A stretch of 64,000 nt of DNA, taken from NCBI GenBank assembly GCA_964019335.1, contig OZ025691.1:372001-436000 (forward strand), written 5' to 3'. Made by a program: the position numbers and the translations under genes. Positions 59,805 to 64,000 of this stretch are shown here, one piece after another. Origin of the DNA: Diplonema japonicum (Eukaryota; Protista; Euglenozoa: Diplonemea). Within the stretch, counting starts at the first letter, position 1. Each line of letters opens with the position of its first letter. The notes beneath the pieces are model-generated. The model saw only the letters and a program-made list of their open reading frames with translations, ran no database searches and was not told where the DNA came from.

Positions 59805-60290
59805 AAACCACTTACATGCCTTCAGGTAATGCTATAGCGCCACTCTCAAGTGTTAAAGTCATTACTTTGTTGGCACTAAATGGCTGTGAACGTTAAGTAC
59901 AGTAGTTAGGTAGTGTTGAAAATGGCTGATATTTATTCTCACTTCTCTCCCTTTTCTTTCTTTTTTTTTTTTTTTTTTTGAGCTTTACCGTCACACCCCA
60001 TGTGGAGAAATAGTTACTGGAGGTGACGGTGAAACGAAAAAAAAAGAAAAAAAAGAAAACAAAAAAGAATCTTCGAAAAAAAACTTTTTTATCACTCCTC
60101 CCTCCCCCCTTCCCCCCCCCCCCTTTTTTGCAAGACTTTTGGGAACAACGTTGTTTCCAATTTATAATCCTGGAGGGCAACAACACACACATCTATTCTT
60201 TATTTTTTCATTTTTTTTTTTTTGCACATCACATGTATATTACTAGGCAAAGGGCGGGGAAAAAAAAAGAAAAATAAAAAGAACAAAACA

Positions 60291-61475
60291 ATGCGCTCCA
60301 CGCTCTTGGTACTCCTGTCTGGAGTTCTACAGACTAGCAACGCCCTCCAAGTGCAGCACGCAGGCCCACTACCGAATTTCTTCACAAAAACCGAAATTGC
60401 AGTAGACATCCATAACGAAGAAAGCCACACAACATCTACCGAGCTGACAGGTTGCGGAGGCATGAGCCCAGCAAAACTAGTCAAATCCATCTCTGCTGGC
60501 GACACGCTAAGGTTCGCCTTTACACTGCAACACGGTACGAGCCTCGACTGCACCGGCTTTGTGAATGGTGTGGCAATACGAATCCAGGGGCAGAGCGTTC
60601 ACACACCTGTGGTGCCCACCACACAGCCTACAGCGAAACCTGTTGTTCTCTCCTCATTTCCGGTAGCAGGTAATAGTACCCTTGCTGTGCAGTGCAAAGC
60701 ACATCCTCTGCATGTTTTATGCAGACCACCACCACCGCCTACTTTGAACCCTACTGTGGCTTCGACAGAGTCACCTTCTCCTTCTGTGTTTGTGTCTCTT
60801 AGCAGTGTGGTTGGTGTTGTTGATGCCTCGCGTGTTCCTTCCTGCCCGCCGGTGGGGAGGTGGGACGCTGCTTTGCAGGTTTGTTTGAACTGCCGCAACC
60901 CTTCATGTGCGCTCCCGTCGTGCGGGTGTTCGACCGATGTTTTTGTTTCATGTAGCAATGGTGTTTTTTCGCACGAGCACCAGGCATGCGTGTGCAGCCC
61001 CGGCTGGCATTCGTCTGTGGACGCTCACTTGCGGTTGTCCTTTTGTGATATACAAGACGCACAGTATGCTGCGGTGTCTGAAAGGTACGGTGACGGGGGT
61101 ACCGAGTGGGGCGCTTCATACACTGCAGCTGTGGTGTTCTTGATCCTCGTGGTGCTTTTGTTGTTGGTTGTGATGCCTGTGTTTCTCTTGTGTAAGCGGG
61201 CGAACAAAGCACACGACCTGGTGTTGTGGGCCGCACTGGTTGCCGGTGTCGTCACCGAGCCCACGTACCTAGCACTGTCGCCTTGCTTTTGTTCTTCTGT
61301 TGATTCTGCTCTTCTGTTTGATGAGCTTTTCAGACAGGTTGCCTCGCTTCCTATACCCCCGCCGTGGTTCTTGGCGGACATCTGCACCCCCCCTGTTTCC
61401 CCGTTTGCCCGGACGGAGCCGATTTACGTTTCTTCTCCCTCCCGGTCACGTTCCCCCTCCCCTGCGTTTGCTTAG
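60291..61475 (+). CDS. Type I membrane protein with signal peptide and Cys-rich/EGF-like region
   Basis: MRSTLLVLLSGVL.. signal; CSNG....ACVCSPGW; long hydrophobic TM. Confidence 0.75.
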   Translation: MRSTLLVLLSGVLQTSNALQVQHAGPLPNFFTKTEIAVDIHNEESHTTSTELTGCGGMSPAKLVKSISAGDTLRFAFTLQHGTSLDCTGFVNGVAIRIQGQSVHTPVVPTTQPTAKPVVLSSFPVAGNSTLAVQCKAHPLHVLCRPPPPPTLNPTVASTESPSPSVFVSLSSVVGVVDASRVPSCPPVGRWDAALQVCLNCRNPSCALPSCGCSTDVFVSCSNGVFSHEHQACVCSPGWHSSVDAHLRLSFCDIQDAQYAAVSERYGDGGTEWGASYTAAVVFLILVVLLLLVVMPVFLLCKRANKAHDLVLWAALVAGVVTEPTYLALSPCFCSSVDSALLFDELFRQVASLPIPPPWFLADICTPPVSPFARTEPIYVSSPSRSRSPSPAFA

Positions 61476-61831
61476 TTTTTCAAATTTGTGAATAGAGAAT
61501 AGGGGGGGGGGGGAGGAAAATTTCTTTCCTTTTGGTCCTCAGGTGGGATTTGCCTTAAACATCGCCTTTCTTTTCTCCGCCCCCCCCCTTTTTTTTCGAG
61601 CTCGATAATGTGTGCTTAGCTTTAGAAAAAGAAAAATGGAGGGAAGGGGATAATTATACAAACAGCGATCCCCCCATCCCCCTTCTTCCTCCCAAACAAA
61701 ACTATACCTATACCTACAGTCTATTTTTTTTGTATGCAATGAAGTAAACGAAGACGTTATCTTTCTTTTTACACACCGTACCGACTATATTAAGTGTTTT
61801 TCTTGCAACATTAACGGACAACACAGGTGTG

Positions 61832-64000
61832 ATGAGGAGGGGGGTGTGGCTGCTCACATTATGCTTCGTTGTGTGGTGTGACGGTGGCGGCGGGAATGCC
61901 ACAGATACGCCTGATACGGAACGGCCACATTTGGACGCGAAGCTGTACCTTCCTGTGAGCATTGACGAGCTGTTCGACGGGTTCGCGGAGGCTGCAGGTG
62001 CAGCAGTGGCCACAGTGACGGGCATAGACGCAGCGATGGTTGAGGTGTCGCTGAGCGCAAACCCTGCCAGTGCAGATGTCATGGTATACACGGACGTGTC
62101 GGACCTTAAGCGGGCCAGCGATCAGCTGAAAGAAGCTGTTGCCAACGGCATGCACATCAAAGGTGTCAGCATCACTTCAGTGGAGGTTATCTTCGTGGCC
62201 GACTCCGTTCTTGACGAATGCGACACCGCTCCTTGCGGAGCCGACCAGACCTGCAACGACCTGAACCTTCGCTCTCTCAACGACTTTGTTTGCGTCTGCA
62301 AGGATGGCTCTACCACTTCCATCGCCACTCCTGCGAACTGCACGGCCCCCCACCTCGCCGTCGTGTTCAGCCTCCCTGTCAACCCGCACGACCTTCTCTC
62401 CGGCTTCGAGGCCGCCCTCACAAAAGAGGTTGCCCGCATCACCGGCGTCCCGCAGTCTGCTGTCGTTGACGTCGTCTTGAAAGCAGACCCCAACTCCGCC
62501 TCCTTCAGGCTCTATACTCAGTCCTTCAACCTCAAGCCTCTTAAGGACCGCATCGAAGAGGTTGTGGCCAGCGGTTTGTTCATCGCAGGTGTCAAAGTCG
62601 ACGCAGCCTCCATCCGGATGGTAGCAGAGAACATCAAAGATGAGTGCGACGCGAAGCCCTGCGACGAAGGGCAGTCCTGCATCGACCCTGATGTCAGAAA
62701 CGAAGGCGATTTCGTGTGTTCTTGTACTGACGGGAGCTATCCGAAGGTGGGCGGTCCCACTCCTTCGTGCGAGCTGGGCTTCTCAGGTCTTCAGTCAGTG
62801 GCCGAGTCTATGGAGGTGGTGGGCCTCATTGCAGGTCCCACTGCCCTTCTGTCTGCGCAGAACGCTATGCTTCACGCTACGCACTGCAACGCGCCCTTTC
62901 TGTCTCCCCCCAAGGCGCTGCACCCGACGGGGATCACTGTTGGTGGCTACCCCATGGCCGGTTGTGCCATTGCGAACACAGCCATTCTTATCGGCACTTC
63001 TATATTACAGCACATCCTTGTGTTGCTCTTGGCCCATTATCTTCCTGACAGGAGCGTGGAATCCCTCCACAAAACCTTGGGTTACCCGTTCCTTCCCCTT
63101 CGCATGTTCCTCATCCTCCTCCCGGGTTCCATCCTGTGTTCCACAGCGCTGATGTCTGACTCTACGTCCTCATGGACCTTGGTTTTGGGTGCAGTGGTGT
63201 TCTCTTTCTGGCTTGTCTGCCTTGCGGGCACTTTGCTGCTTCCCCCCGAGACCCTCACCGCCTCTTTGTACAAGAAGCAAGATGTCAACGCAGCTTACTT
63301 ACCAATCATGTTCTTCATGTTGATGTTTGTGACCACAACCACCGCGTACAGGACGCAGTTCGCCTCTACCTGCGCTGCTCAGCGCATAGTAGTGGGTGTT
63401 ATGTGGCTCGTGTACAGCTTAGTCACATTCTTCAAGAAGCCCTTCAGCCAGAACAAGCTGCAGTACAACAACATCATAACAGGCATCCTGTTCTTGCAGG
63501 CGCTGGGGTGGCTATTCCTAGCTTCCGGACTGTATGAGGGTGACGGGCAGCGCAACCATGGGCTGGTGGATGCTTCTGTTGTGATGCGGTTCCTTGCGGT
63601 GTGCGTGATCCTGCTGTGCCTTGGTATGCTGGTTGTGTACCATGGAAGGAAGATGCTTCAGAAGCGGGCGAAGATACCTATGGCATTGGTGATCTTGACT
63701 GAGGGAATGTGGGTGTGGCTGTGTGTTGGGATTATAGCCCACTGGGCACTTGCTTTCGGTGCCTTGTTGTTCTTGATATTGTACCTGCTGCTGTGCGTGC
63801 GGCAGACGAAGGACCCGGCAATAGATAGCTGTCTTGAAGCTCCGATGATTGCCGAGGACGAGGTTCTTCCAGACATCGATGATGCAGAGGCACCCCTCAG
63901 CTACACACCGCCCAGGCTCGAGGGGGAGACGGAGCAGGAGCTACCCGGCATCATGCCTCTTGCTGCTTTGGAAGGTTTGGGTTCCCACGAGTCTCCCTTA
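61832..64000 (+). CDS. Surface multi-TM protein: signal peptide, two (alpha/beta module + EGF-like) units, multi-pass C-terminal domain; 3'-truncated and absent from the ORF track
   Basis: MRRGVWLLTLCFVVW..; DECDTAPCGADQTCND..DFVCVC and DECDAKPCDEGQSCIDP..DFVCSC; ALHPTGITVGG..GCAIAN, then several TM helices; frame consistent to the window end. Confidence 0.85.
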   Translation, partial: MRRGVWLLTLCFVVWCDGGGGNATDTPDTERPHLDAKLYLPVSIDELFDGFAEAAGAAVATVTGIDAAMVEVSLSANPASADVMVYTDVSDLKRASDQLKEAVANGMHIKGVSITSVEVIFVADSVLDECDTAPCGADQTCNDLNLRSLNDFVCVCKDGSTTSIATPANCTAPHLAVVFSLPVNPHDLLSGFEAALTKEVARITGVPQSAVVDVVLKADPNSASFRLYTQSFNLKPLKDRIEEVVASGLFIAGVKVDAASIRMVAENIKDECDAKPCDEGQSCIDPDVRNEGDFVCSCTDGSYPKVGGPTPSCELGFSGLQSVAESMEVVGLIAGPTALLSAQNAMLHATHCNAPFLSPPKALHPTGITVGGYPMAGCAIANTAILIGTSILQHILVLLLAHYLPDRSVESLHKTLGYPFLPLRMFLILLPGSILCSTALMSDSTSSWTLVLGAVVFSFWLVCLAGTLLLPPETLTASLYKKQDVNAAYLPIMFFMLMFVTTTTAYRTQFASTCAAQRIVVGVMWLVYSLVTFFKKPFSQNKLQYNNIITGILFLQALGWLFLASGLYEGDGQRNHGLVDASVVMRFLAVCVILLCLGMLVVYHGRKMLQKRAKIPMALVILTEGMWVWLCVGIIAHWALAFGALLFLILYLLLCVRQTKDPAIDSCLEAPMIAEDEVLPDIDDAEAPLSYTPPRLEGETEQELPGIMPLAALEGLGSHESPL

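Overview
Eukaryotic genomic DNA, most consistent with a diplonemid-like euglenozoan (inference). About 23 protein-coding genes all lie head-to-tail on the + strand, some only 65-130 nt apart. Spacers run stop codon, T/C tract, AG, A-rich leader, ATG, as expected for polycistronic transcription with SL trans-splicing. Many very short (30-60 nt) GT-AG introns, mostly A-rich, are invisible in the ORF track. Recognisable products: polyQ protein, PDK1-like kinase, PH protein, NnrU, SPRY/ankyrin protein, DNAL1, TPR protein, lebercilin-like protein, FYVE kinase, a giant coiled-coil protein with 8 bacterial-adhesin-like repeats, a receptor-type degenerate cyclase, a CH/EF-hand-like protein, ATIC/PurH, a 2OG-Fe(II) oxygenase, MFSD12 and EGF-repeat membrane proteins. 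Long spacers and the two long introns hold mobile DNA: an intron-nested OTU protease ORF, an intronic TIR MITE, TTAA-type MITEs, a decayed CRE/SLACS-type retrotransposon 3' end and a five-copy dispersed repeat. No rRNA, tRNA or CRISPR array was found. All calls were made by eye without database searches.
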